From Selaginella moellendorffii (Eukaryota > Plantae > Lycopodiophyta), in assembly GCF_000143415.4 (NCBI RefSeq), contig NW_003314322.1:683430-747429 (forward strand): 64,000 nt of DNA. Direction: 5' to 3'. The notes beneath the pieces were generated by a model, which worked only from the letters and a program-made list of their open reading frames with translations, was not told where the DNA came from and did not search any database. Both the position numbers and the translations under genes were made by a program. Position 1 is the stretch's first letter. Each line of letters starts with the position of its first letter. Of the stretch, positions 12,143-25,217 are shown in pieces.

Positions 12143-15100
12143 GGCACTTACTACTAACGCCAGTCTCTCGGCCGATCGATCGATCCCTTGGCTTCCTTGT
12201 TTCCAGCGCTAATTCGCCTCCTCGGCCATCACTGTTGCTCTCTCTTGCGTGTTCGTTCTTCCTGGTACTAGCTCTACAGGAACTATGCGATAACTATTTG
12301 CCGATCCATTTGCTCGGGATTGTTTGCTTCCTCCGCGGCTACCACGGCAATTGGATTACTCCCAGCCACATTACTCCAGCTTCTCGGGATCTTTCTCTTC
12401 CTGCAACAACGTCAAGTTTGTATGATCATTCCCGAGAAAAAACTAGAATTTGCTGCCTGGAACGAGATGGAAAAACGCGTTGGAAATCACAAGCAGCGAA
12501 TGGAATCGCTGCTCCCAAACGGGCGAATGGAAACTGAGATTTAGCCTGACTCACACTGCAGCGCTGCTAACACCAGATAAAACAAAGAAAAACTCTTCAC
12601 TCCAAGTTCTACAAACAACCACGAACGAGGAAAAAGAAAACCAAGAAAGAGAGAGGATGATGTTTGAGTACCTGGTGGATGATAGCTCGTAAAGCAAATC
12701 TCTTCAGGAATCATGGCTGACGAGCACACGAGAAATCGAGTTGGCCGTAAACTCCGTGCTGCCATAGCGTCGTCCACACACTGCCGGATAAAAAGAAAGA
12801 GCAGCGAGAACTTCGACTCGTCCTTTTCATGTTTTCTCCTCCTACCAGCTACTGCTACTCCCGTGGTAACTTTCTAAGATCATCCTGGTCGTCATCTCTT
12901 AGATTCCAGCATTATTGAAACCAAAGCGGCCGCTGCCCCTTGATCCGAAGCGAGCTTTCGCTGTGCTACTCGCGCCCTGAGCTCACAGATTCCATCTCTT
13001 TTGTCGCTCGCTGCCACTTTTCTCCTCGGGCTCTCGAGAGCACGGCCTCTCCAGGGGCCAAACAAAAAGAAAGTGTGACAAGGGGAGAGAGAAGAGAAAG
13101 AGAGAATGGAATCAAGACAACGTCCTGGTTGCCCAACAACTTAACCAGACAGGATAGAAGGAAATTCGTCCCAGAAATTCATCCACAAGAAATCGCAAAC
13201 TTGGAAGTAAATAGGAAGAAGAAACAAAGAACACAGAGAGAATGAGTGAGAGAGAGAGAGAGAGAAGTGAGATTCTCCCGGAAAAGTGTATAGAGAGTGT
13301 GTGTGTTTGTGTCTCCTTTGTCGAGTGGAGCCTATGTGTGTTCCTAGCTTAGTATGGCCTCCAGGAGCTACAAACCTGCTATATCATCATCTTCCGCCAT
13401 AGCCAACTAGCTCTTCAGACCTCTCTCGCTCGCTGCTCTCTAGAAGCTTTGCTTTAATCTTAACTTAAAACTAATTCCCCCACGCTGAGAAGATTAAAAC
13501 TCCAAGCCTCGCTCGCTCGCTCGCTCGCTCCCTTCTCGTAGCTAAAAGATTCTTCTTCTTCTTCGATCGAGAGTTCGTCTTCGTCTTCTGGGAACTTGGC
13601 CCGTTTCCCCGTGAAGTTCTTCCTTAGAATCTGGTTGAGGTAGTTTCCGTGATGACAGTGGTGGTACTCTACTGTAATGAAGTAGAGTCTTCCGGATATC
13701 ACGGGGGGATTAAACTTCCAGGAGATAGTGTTGCAGTACTCTCCAGGAAGTTTAGACTCTCCCGTCTCTCCCGATTAAAACTCCCCTCTCGAGCTCGCTC
13801 GCTTCCTTTTTTCTTTCTCTCTTTTCTTCTCTCTCTCGATCTGCCTCTCAACTAGGATGATCCGTGCAGGAAGAAAGGAACGCACACACACGCTCAACGA
13901 GAGAGGACAAGAAGGGGTATGAAAGAATGTGTAGAGAAAAAAAAAAGGGTATGTGTGCTTCGCTACACGCTGGCCAGATCAAATCAAACACGAAAAAAAC
14001 ACAGCATTGACACTGTTGCGCGAGAATTGCTCCACGCAGGGAAGAACAAAGGCGGCATTTTTTTACTGCGCTGCGGGGATCGAGGACAGGGAAGGAAACA
14101 GTCTCGCGATGGATTATACAAGTCACTTAAACAAAACCACGAACGCTCTCAAACAAAAGCCTGCCAAAATCCAAGGCCCGAAAGGAGCGTCTTGCGAGCA
14201 GCGAGATTTATACTCGGCCAGAGCCACAACAGCACTGCAGCCTGGGATTATCACTGACCAGAATTCTGAGAACTACAATGAGATCGCAGAGGCTGGGCGA
14301 TTTGAGAGCGATTCGCCACCCTGGAAAAACGAAAAATAAGATGCTCGTTTTTCGTGTTCTTTGGTTTTTACTCGGTCCAAAGTGCTGGGCTTGTTTGGCA
14401 TTACACAACCACAATCTAGTACCACAACGAAACATTAAGAAAAATGTGAGTGAAATCGATGGACCACTTTTTTTTTTTCTTTTTTTTTCCTTTTTTTCCT
14501 TTTTTTTTCTTGTAATGAAAGCTAAATTACGCAACTTTTCTATTTCTCATTCGAAAATTCTATTGGCAGACAATATCAGTCAGGTGTCCTCACTAACAGA
14601 AGCAGCTCCGTCAGACCTGACAGAAAACACAAACGGACTCTGTTAGGAGTTTCTGTACGTGGAGGCCCTGCCACGTGTCTGCGCCTTACAGGCCCCGGTA
14701 AATGGCCACATTGTTTGCGTGCTCAGACACACGCACCAGGGCAGTGACTGGAAACATAACAAAAACAGCAACAGCTCTCAATTCACCCAAGAAGAAATAA
14801 AGCTCTTTTTCTTTTCTCCCGTACGGATATCCAAGTCGCGCTCTAGAAATGTCTGATCACGCCATGATCAAGATCTACAAAACCATAGTTTTATGTTTAG
14901 AGCCCGAGAGAGATTCAAAGAATGTTTGATCACAACGAGATGATTAAACCGACTCGCGTATTAGTATAATCCCGGTCTAATGGCTTTAGTTTAATGGTCT
15001 TTCAGTGCCCGAGATGGTTAGGTGCGTGGTGCCACATTATCATGATCAAGGAAAACCATTAAAGTAATCATCATAGAATCTATGTCAGAAGGACTACTTG

Positions 15101-18100
15101 AATCTCGCCACCCTCTTTTCTAATTGCTAGAAAGCTGAGGAGTAGCTTTGGCATATTAGCAGTGATGATGATCAGCACCACCGCAAAGGACGTTGATACA
15201 AAAATGCCGCCAACTTTTCGCCCCAAGCGAACACCACACGGTTCCCCGTGCCCTAATTTCGTACGAGCTACTCAGTGATTCAATGCATGCTCGTTCTCGG
15301 CTTACAGACCAAGCGAATTGTGGGGATCTGGAAACTTTGATTGGAGCTAAAGCTTCTATAAGCGTAGCCCTAAGCTAGGAATTAGATTACTAGCCAGCAA
15401 TCACCCTCCTTCGCATCGGGAATGGAAGAGCGGCCAGCCCTTTCCACCACGCACAACAACACAAGAGTTACGGAGGCCGTAAAAACGCTATGTCACCACC
15501 AGCGCCACCCTCAAACGCTCCCAAATGTGCAAAGTCCCACGTAAAAACCGGCGGATAAACCACGACTGTTTTTAACTTGGAGGGGTAAGTTTCTCGGTGT
15601 GGGCGAATAACAGCGATGCTTGGCACATGAGAAGAAGGAGTGCTTGCTTGTTGTTTGTTGGGGCTACGGTCGCCCGGACGTAAATGACGGACGTTGACGC
15701 CCGCGGTCGCATCGGTCGCGTCGCTGACTCACGGTCAACCGGGAAATTGGGCTGGGCTGTTGCGATTTGATCCCGCAACGGATTTGATCCCCTCGTAGAC
15801 GAAGCTACTTTCGCGGCATCTGGGCGGCGCGGCATCTGGGCTGCTGTTAAAACCATCTTTCTCTCTCTCTCTTACACACTGAGAAAATCATGGGAAAGAT
15901 CATGGTGTGGCAAACTTTCCTTGTCTTGGCATTTAGCATTGGATGCTGGATTGGACAAGATCGATTTCAATCCCCATCGGCCGGGTCATACACGCAATAA
16001 TCCCGCATTCGTCCGTGAGTCCCATCCCGGCATCCAAAAGGGGCACTTCGAGAAGGAACTGATGAAACAAACAAGCAAGCAAGCGCCTCTCTTTCATTCC
16101 TTGCTTTTGCAAGGCTGTAAAGCTCGCAACGCATGCACTATAACTTCCTGGCCCAGGAAACCTAAGAAGGATTGAAAAGCCCGCCACCTTTTGTCTCATG
16201 ATACACCGCTTCCTTCAAACAGAACGCGACCGTCAACTTCGCCGTCCGTAGCCCTAGGGAAAATTGCGCGAGGCGATGATTAGCACTAATAACAACCGGG
16301 GCCGGACAGACGCCTTGCTGTTAGGTGGATGTCTTGTACAATTGTACGCAACTGTTATAGCTATACGCCCCCACCAAGCTACATGTCCATAACAACATGT
16401 ACACTCCCCCCAGGCAAGTTTCATTCCCAAATGGGAAGTTCCAAGTTGCCAGCCATTTAAGCCCACTGGGAGAGAGATTTGAATGGGGCCAACGCAACCC
16501 TGTCCCTGTGTTTTTGTGGCTTCTCGCTGCTCCCCAAGCTCCTACTCGAGTGCTTGGCCTCGTCTCGTACACGAAACATAATCACAAAAGCTCCCAGGAC
16601 ACGACATGACCGTCTGGTTTTATACTATACTATACGGCGATAAGAGAGAGAGAGAGAGAGGGTGAGATCAATCACATAAAGGTATCCAGCAATGTTCAAC
16701 ACATATACGACCGGGAAAATCAAAAAGGTCAGTTTGGATGGGGGATTTAATCTTGAGAATTTGCCTGTTTTGGGGCATTGTCAGTTCCGGGCATTCCATT
16801 TCAGGGGAGGTGAGAAGAATTAAAGTACGGCCCTACCTTTTACCCTTTCCGGATTAAATGGGGGGCCTGATTATTCGCGGATATTCCCGGCCCAACGACC
16901 GTGGACTGTAAGCATCAGCTGCCAGATTCATTTGGAACGCATGGTCAGAAGCAACAAACGACATGCGATTTGCACGTGAAGACCTAAAACCAAAAGTTTC
17001 AAAAGACCTTCAGACACCACCCAGAGGCCAGCAGACAGCCCACTCACAACAACACCCAACTACAAAATCGGGATAAAAATAAAGGAAAAAGCAAAGAGAA
17101 AAAAAAAGGGGGAAAATTCTTCGGTCATTCTCTTTGTTATATCAGCCTTTTGGGCCACAGGTACGGACGCTGGTGCGCGTCACGTGGCCACGCCTGCAGT
17201 CCGTATGAATGAAGGGCCACCGACGGGCAGATATTTCGTGGCTGTTTTCTATTTTATTCTATAATTTTCTAAGACAGCAGGTTTGCGAGTGTTTATCTTC
17301 CGTGAAACGAAAATTGATTGATTGTCCTCCGCTTTGCATCCACCTGGGTGATTCTAGATCACGACATTTTTATGTTCTTGGCACTGCTGGCTCGATCGAT
17401 CGATGGGGACGAATCTAAGATCGCGAGAAAACGGGACTTTTGATCCGCCACCTTTTCACCCCCCGGCTCCTCCGGCGTGGTACGCACGTCACCCGGGCGT
17501 ACGGCAGATTGGGGGGCTGTTTGTTTACCCGGGTTTGTTTGTTTGTTTTGTTTTTTTTTTGTCCCCGCCACGCACGATGTGAGTTCAGTTTGGCACACAA
17601 GAATCGGTACGGAAGGAACCCAGGGGCAAAACACTGATTGAAATTGTTGAATGGAACTCGAGGGTACTCTCGTTCTTTTTTATCCACCGGGCAGATTCGG
17701 GCTTACGCATTGCATCACGGATGATGGAATAGAATCCGGGGAAAAGGAGGCAGAGGAAATCAACACTGTTGTGATTGTTTGAGAAAGAAATCTCTGGCGA
17801 GATCAGTCAGCTGCTATTCACACCTTTCCTTGGTCTCATTTATAATCGCAAAGTGATAGTCCTCCCCCAAGTTGATACACGAGCTCCACCACCCATAAGC
17901 CTAAAACGGGAAATCCTCCTTCCCGACAGGGATCCCAATTGGCCCCCACATTTCCCCTCCCTGCCATGTCATAACCCCGCGCATTTCCCCACCACCTCTA
18001 TCATATCGCAATCCCTTCGAGCGGGGCAATAAATGAGGGAGTTAGGCTGGTGACGTCACTTGTGTACGGACACCGGACAAACGTCCCGTCCCCGCGCCAG

Positions 18101-19057
18101 TGGCTATAATGCGGTCGGCCGTACCCCACCGCCGTCGCTCGCAACAACGGGGTGGGCCCCACTCCCCAGCCCCCACGTGTAAAAAGCGGCAAGCAGAATT
18201 TTCCCCGATCCCTATGACATGGAGCGAGATTACCACCAAAGAGTTGGTTAGTTGATCAATACCTCAAATCTATAATATAGAATTATAGATGGAATTATAA
18301 AACCAAGCGAAAGAATTTGTCGCAGCCGTCCCTGTCGAGTCCCCACACTAAAAGCTCAGGAGCTAGATGCCACGATGCGGCATTTTGTTCTAACAGGAAA
18401 GAGACGCCACCACGGTGGTGACGAGAAAGAACGAAAGGGTGAAGAGAGCGAAAGCGAGCGGGCAATGAAGGCTTTAATCCAGCGAGCAAGCAATCTCTGT
18501 CCACGAGAATCTGAGGAGACAGATTTAGTTTTCCGGAGAAAACGAGCTCCAATTGATTGATCGATCCACCCCGTCGATCCAGACATCTTAGACGAAAAGG
18601 AGAAAAAGAAAGAGGGATTCACAGAGGTCGCTAGGACAAGAACATCTCTTGTTTTACCTTGTGTCGATTGCTTTACTGCTCGTCCGCTGCAAGAGATTTG
18701 AGTACATGCTGGCAAAGCCAGTCCGATTAAACTCTTTTGGTCCATTCAGCCGCGATCATGTTGAATTCCAGCGTTCGTATACTTGACATGTAAGCGAAAA
18801 CTTCCTCGTATTCTTCGTGCTGGTAGATTCACAGGAATAGGTCCTGAGCGTAGATGATAAATACCTGTTTCGATCTATTCGTCCCGGTCTACACAGAGCA
18901 TCGTTTGAGAAAGCTCTGCGTTTCAAACATAAACAAAGCTCGCCGTATTAAAATACCTTTTATCCATGTTCTAGAATCTAGGGCTTGGAATTCTCTCTTG
19001 GCAATGGCGGCGCTCACAGGCAAGCCGGTCGGGTCTCTATCGCAGCGCTGCTAGTCT

Positions 19058-21211
19058 ATGAGATCGCAGCCAGGCAACAGGGAGGCCCTCCAGATCTTGA
19101 ACAGGAATCGGCAATGCGGCTCAAAGGCGCCGAGCGTTCCAGCGCTGGTGGCCGCGATCAAGACGTGCGGCAGCGCCCGAGACGTCGAGGCCGGGATGAG
19201 AATCCACGCCGGCGCCGCCATGGCCGGGATGGATTCCAACATCTTCGTGGCAAACACGCTGCTCTCCATGTACGCCAAATGCGGCGCCATGGAGGACGCC
19301 CGCCGGGTGTTTGACGCCATCGAGAGCCACACCGTGGTCTCCTGGAATGCTCTCGTGCTGGGATACGCTCGAAACCTGGATGGAACGCGAGCTCTCGAGA
19401 GTTTCTCGCGGATGACAGACGCGCGCTTCGATCCAGACGCTCGGACTTACAACGCGGTGTTGAAGGCTCTGGCGATCTCTCTGGAAAAGGAGTTGGGAGG
19501 AGATGGGGATGTCGCGAAGAAGAAGCGGCACTTCTTGGAGAAAACTCTGGCTGTTCACGCTCGGCTCAAGGAGGCCGGTCACGAGCGTGACGTCTTCGTC
19601 GCGAGCTCGCTGGTGGATTTGTACGCGAAGTGTGGCAGCTTGATCGATGCGAGCAATGTTTTCGAGAGAATGGCTCGCCACGATGCTGTCTCGTGGACTG
19701 CTCTCATTCTGGGATATGTCCAAGGTGGTGAGTTTCAAAAAGCTCTGGATCTCTTCTCGAGGATGGTGGGAGAAGGCTTCCAGCCGGATGCTCGAGCGTT
19801 TGTCGCGGCACTTAAGGCCTGTGCGAGCTTAGCTAGCAGCGAAGAAGAAGGCTCGATTTTCTTTGGGCTTGAAGAACAGGGATCCGGATCAAGCGAAAGA
19901 AAAGATGAAAGGAGGATTGTTTGCTTGGAGATTGGAGTAGCGATCCACGCAGAACTGGAGAAGCTGGGGCTGGTGGAGAGTGACTTGTTCGTGGCGAGCA
20001 GCCTGGTGGACATGTACGCGAAGTGTGGATGCATGGAGGATTCGACGCGAGTTTTCGAGCGGATGAAACAGCGAGACGTGGTGACTTGGAACTCGCTGCT
20101 CATGGGATTTGCTCAGGGAGGAGAAGCCAAGATCGTTCTAAGCCTCTTCCATCGATTGCAGCAACAGGGAGGGGGTGTGGAGCCAGACACTCGGACTTAT
20201 ATTGCGGTTTTCAAGGCCTTTGCCAACTTAGCAGCGAGAAACTACAAAGATGGCGATCTCAGGTCGTGGTGTCTGGATCAAGGGCGAGCTATCCACTCAC
20301 AGATGAGCCCACTCAGTTCTTCCTCGACGGAGATCTTCCTGTGGAGCACTCTCGTCGACATGTACTCCAAGTGTGGGAACCTGATCAATGCCAGAGAGAT
20401 CTTTGACAGCGTCTCCAAGCCCGACTTGGTGCTGTGGAACTCGATCATCCTCGGGTGTGCTCTCAACGACGAAAACGAGCTCGCCTTGGAGCTCTTGGAT
20501 CGACTCCAGCAGCAGAACCTCTCGCCAGACGATGGAACTTTCGTGGCGGCGCTCAAGGCCTGTGGAAACTCGGCAGCACTGGAAACCGGAAGAACGATCC
20601 ATACTCAGGTCCTCAACGCTGGACTCGAGAGCAAACCACTCGTCGCAACCAGCCTGGTGGATTTCTACGCAAAGTCTGGCACCATGGACGAAGCTCGCGA
20701 TGTCTTCGACTCCATGGATCCTGCCAAGAGGAGCTCAGTGACCTGGAACTCTCTCCTCTCGGGCTACTCGCGAGTTGGCGATCACAATCAAGTCTTTCAA
20801 GTCTTCGAGAGCATGAAGGCTGGAGCATCGTCGCGAGCTTGCGAGATCGTGAACGGGGTTACTTTTCTATGCCTCCTCAATGCTTGCAGCCACGCCGGCC
20901 TGGTGGACAGAGCTAAAGACTACTTTGAGTCGATGAGAGGTGACTATGGAATAGCTGCGACTGAAGATCACTATGCTTGCATGGTGGATTTGTTTGGACG
21001 ATCGAACCAGATGGAAGCTGCTGTTAGTATGGCGGAGAGCTTGCCTCTGGAGGGTGGAAGTGGATTGAAGAGGGCTGTGTGGATGACGGTGTTGAGCTGC
21101 TGTGAAAGAATGGGGAACAAGGAGATTGGAAAGCTTGCGTTTGAAACGATTGTGAAATTAAACCCAGATGATGCCCCAGCCTATGTGCTTTTAGCAAACA
21201 CATGCTTGTAA
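19058..21211 (+). CDS. Intronless PLS-class pentatricopeptide repeat protein with E domain, no DYW domain (717 aa)
   Basis: Repeated ..SLVDMYAKCG....A..VF..M...D.V.WN.L..GY motifs; C-terminal HYACMVDLFGR...VW...L..C...G..E.G..A......P.D...YVLLAN then stop. Confidence 0.93.
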   Translation: MRSQPGNREALQILNRNRQCGSKAPSVPALVAAIKTCGSARDVEAGMRIHAGAAMAGMDSNIFVANTLLSMYAKCGAMEDARRVFDAIESHTVVSWNALVLGYARNLDGTRALESFSRMTDARFDPDARTYNAVLKALAISLEKELGGDGDVAKKKRHFLEKTLAVHARLKEAGHERDVFVASSLVDLYAKCGSLIDASNVFERMARHDAVSWTALILGYVQGGEFQKALDLFSRMVGEGFQPDARAFVAALKACASLASSEEEGSIFFGLEEQGSGSSERKDERRIVCLEIGVAIHAELEKLGLVESDLFVASSLVDMYAKCGCMEDSTRVFERMKQRDVVTWNSLLMGFAQGGEAKIVLSLFHRLQQQGGGVEPDTRTYIAVFKAFANLAARNYKDGDLRSWCLDQGRAIHSQMSPLSSSSTEIFLWSTLVDMYSKCGNLINAREIFDSVSKPDLVLWNSIILGCALNDENELALELLDRLQQQNLSPDDGTFVAALKACGNSAALETGRTIHTQVLNAGLESKPLVATSLVDFYAKSGTMDEARDVFDSMDPAKRSSVTWNSLLSGYSRVGDHNQVFQVFESMKAGASSRACEIVNGVTFLCLLNACSHAGLVDRAKDYFESMRGDYGIAATEDHYACMVDLFGRSNQMEAAVSMAESLPLEGGSGLKRAVWMTVLSCCERMGNKEIGKLAFETIVKLNPDDAPAYVLLANTCL

Positions 21212-21500
21212 ATAGCTCTTGTTTATCTTGAATCTTCTAAGGATACATGTTTTTCTTTCTCTAGTAAATCCAAATATAATATGAAATTAATGTCTTTGTT
21301 GGTGCCACTTTTCTCCTTGATTATGATTGAGCAATACCAACAGAATTCCTTTAGTTTGAATTAAGTAGTGTGATATTTTCTAATATTAGTACAATATATT
21401 TATATTTTAGTAAATGAAATGATTTTATTTAAAATTTTAAATAAAAAAATTTACTTATTTTAGTTTCACTTTTGTTATTGATACAAACAGACCTAGCAAC

Positions 21501-21677
21501 TAAAGGCTATGTACAACTATGATGTTATATATTAATATTAACATAGTGGGATTTTGGTAGCCATCAGATTAATTTCAATCTAGACCACTTGCTCTTGTAT
21601 ATAACCTAGAGCAAAGCTTTTGGGCTAATTGATATGGACATTTTCTATATTCCCTTTTTCTAATCCATGTGCTCATA
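21501..21677 (+). repeat. 5' LTR (diverged, boundaries approximate)
   Basis: Shares catagtgggattttggtagc, tctagaccacttgctc and tgtatataa with 27729-27942; followed directly by the PBS. Confidence 0.75.
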
Positions 21678-21678
21678 T

Positions 21679-21696
21679 TGGTGGAAGTGGGGGGGC
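21679..21696 (+). promoter_or_regulatory. Primer-binding site, resembling the complement of a tRNA-Ala 3' end
   Basis: TGGTGGAAGTGGGGGGG immediately after the 5' LTR; compare TGGTGGAGATGCGGGG for tRNA-Ala. Confidence 0.55.
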
Positions 21697-24600
21697 ATTT
21701 TTTATTGTTCTTAAGGAGTGTTTAGATTTAGGATTTTTTATTTAGATCTAGCTTTTATATTGTTTAGATCTAACTTTTTCCATTTAATTTTTTTTATTCT
21801 TTCCTTTTGGGATTTTGGTTTAGATTTAATGTTTGCATTATCTCGATCTCCCTTTCCTTTTAGCTTTTTTTTCATTTATCTTTTTTTTCATTTTCATTTT
21901 CATTCATCTTCATGGTAAAGCAATAGTCTCCTCCTCTGACTCTAGAGCAACAATTGGTGCAATTGCTTTATGCTATGCATTTGCAATTGAATAACCAAAC
22001 TCAATTGATGGTGGCATTCATGGCATTTAGTATATCTCCTTCTGCTCTTTCTATTAATCCTCACATTCGGCCGAAGTTTTTTTATGGGAATCCTAGGGAT
22101 GATATATACTATTGGTTCAATCACTTCATGATAATTGCCACACATCATTCTTGGGATGATACTTGATATTTGTGTGAGTTTCCCACATGTTATCAATAGA
22201 CGGCACTATAATGGTACAATAGTTTGAGCATAGCCACTCGTGGGGATTGGAGTATTTTCTTGAACATCTTCAAATGTGCATTTGGACATGCTGACGATTG
22301 TAATGATGCCTTCCAACAATTGCATCATCTTCGTCAAGGGCCATTGGAATTGATGATACAATTTTGCATTTGTTTCCGAAACCTTTTGCTTCGTGCAGAG
22401 CCAAATATGTTAGAGCAGATTAAGTTGGGAATGTTGTGGCCAACATTTTGTCAAGATCTTGTAGGACTTGTGCATGCACTTCCTCTAGCCACCCTTGATG
22501 ATGCCCTTCGTTTGGCATAACATTATAAAACATCGCCTCTTCCACTTCTCACTACACGTCTTTGAGCTCCACTTCTTATGAGAGATAGTCATGTTCCAAT
22601 GGAGGTTGATGTTATTATTGCTCGAGTTTAAGGACAAAGGCAAAAACATGGTTATGGCCGTGATGTTTGCTGTTGAGTGTGTGATGAAATTGGTCACACT
22701 TATTAATGTTGTTAGTGTTTGTAGCACACTTAAATTTGGAGCCAAATTCCAAGCCCGTTGCACTATAAAACGAGGGTCTAGTACAATCCCATGAGCACCA
22801 ACTCCCCATATTTAGCATCTGCATGCAAAATGGTGTCAGATGGTGTTTGGCACAATTTTGGCATATCAATGGCCTAATGCAAGGAAGAGGGTACCCCATA
22901 GACTAGAGCAGTGTGGAGCTTGGGCTTAGACCTAAGTCGGATGCAAAACAAAGAACGACACAGCCCAATGAAAGCTAAACTAATGTCTTAGATGGTGGGA
23001 CATACATTCTAACCACTATCCCTACTATACATTTGGAACCCCTCCCCCCCCCCCCCGCCCCCCCTAAGGAACATATGTTTTGGGCTTTCACCTCAAGCCT
23101 CTCTTAGTACCAAGAGTTAGTCTCTAGGACAAGCTTGAAACTTACTAAATATAGAATGTTCTTAGATTGCGAATTTGGACATGGAACGAACACCATTGTC
23201 TCTATATTCTGTAGATATGCCAAATAAGCGAATCTTGACACTTTCCATAAATAGCATTTAGGACCAAAATGAGACAAACACTAAAGGCATGATAGTGAGG
23301 GTGTTTGGTAGACATGGTAAATTATCATCTAGTGATATTGAAGGACTAATTTCAATATTGTAAGGGTTCCCAACACTAGCAAGTACAAGCTAACAACATG
23401 AGTTTCTTATCACTATGTCAAGTATGCTTAACTTAATGACAACTTAAGATTTCCTTCCTTAGTGCCCTTCTGCTCTAAGTGCATATGTGCTGACTAGTTT
23501 CTCAACTAATTTAGGTGGAGACCATAAAGGGAACTAAGAGTATCGACCTCTTGCAGTCATGGCAGTAAGGAAAGAGTGTTCATAAGAATTGGCCAACAAG
23601 TATCTTTCAATACCTGAAGTCACATTTACAATAGTGTTTTCTGGATTGACAGTCTTCATTTCTTGGGTGGAGACCTTGGTGTCAACAACGTCCTATTAGT
23701 GCTGCTATAGTGGAAAGTCTAAACACTAAGATGCATATGAGAAACAAGGAGTTGTGAGAGTAACAAAAGGACCTTGCACGAACAAGTCAATGACCTTTCT
23801 ATATTTCTTTCGGGAGTATCATTAAAAGGTTCACTCAGCACCGATTCATCTAGTGCTTACTTTCCAAACTTGTTTTTATAAAAAGTCTCTTATTATTCTT
23901 TCCATATTTGTTGATATAAGTTCAAGTTTATCTTCTATTGCTCGATCTGTTGCCACACGTTACTATCTACATTTATATCGTGTAGTGGAGGCAGTTTTCA
24001 TTCTTTATCGCAATGGCCGTATACATGCATGTGCACGGGATGAGGCAAACTTAGTTGTGCATGTGGGCTATCTCAAGTTTGAGTTGCAGTCATTACAGGT
24101 GGTGCTAAATCAAGCTTTTGACCTCATCTTTGGTATAAATTGGTTGTAGTGTAATTATACCAAGTGTGACTTTGAAGCTTCTCCCCTTTATCTCATACTT
24201 TCTTATATTTCATCCATTCTTTTAATTTTTATACTTTCATCCTTTTACTTCTACCTTTGCTTTAATTACTTTTGTCTCCCTATTACATCCTCCTATATTT
24301 CTGTATTGTTCTGCTCTTTCCTTTTTCAATCCCTCTGACAGTCTCTGTGTTATAGTGGTTGACCGACTCATGAAGGAGTATGCCAATCTCTTTGAATTTG
24401 ACTTATATTTTAGGGCCAAGATTGCCATACATCATCTATTTCCAACTAGGGATGCTCATCCAATCAAGGTTCTTGTTTGTCGTTGGTCACCTAAAAGATC
24501 AAGATTTTATGTGCAAACGTTAAGGAAATGTTGGAAAAGAGTGTTATTCAAAATTCACGAAGTCCTTAAGTATGTAAACCTTATCTTGTGACAAAACTTG

Positions 24601-25217
24601 ATGGGAGTATTCATTTCTGCATTTATCATTTGTTAAATGAAGTGATGATCCTTGATATATACCTTCTTCCTCACGCTATTAATCTCTTGAATCATCTGGG
24701 GGGAAGTCGTTGGTTTATTAAGCTAGATCTTGCTTCTAGGTACTAGCAAGTACCGATGGCCGAAGAAAATATTCCTAAGACTATTTTTTATACATCATTT
24801 GGTTTGTATAAATTCTTGGTGATGCCATTTGTTTGAACAATGCTTTAGCAGCTTTTCAATGGATGATGAACGAGGTTCTTTATGATATGCCGGAGGTGAT
24901 TGCTAACTTTATTGATGATGTCTTGATCCACTCAGAGGGGACGTAAAAGGAACATGTCCGTAATATTCATAAAGTATTGGATCAACTATGGGTTATTGAT
25001 TTAAAGCTAAAGCAGTCAAAGTGTGTATTTGGGTCCAAAGATGTGACTTATCCTGGGTACCATATTTCTTGTGAGGGTTTGCAAGTTGATTATGACAAAC
25101 TTGTTCTAAAGTTCCTTTCTCCAATATGTGTGAATGATGTGTAGTGCTTCTTAGGCAAGGTGTAGTATCTCAGTCGTTTTGTGAATCATCTTTCTAATCA
25201 CACTGCACCGTTGCGAG

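Noticed and set aside
12143-19000. Precursors of conserved miRNAs (miR156, 166, 529) near their target genes
   Set aside because: No mature sequence in a hairpin context found by eye.
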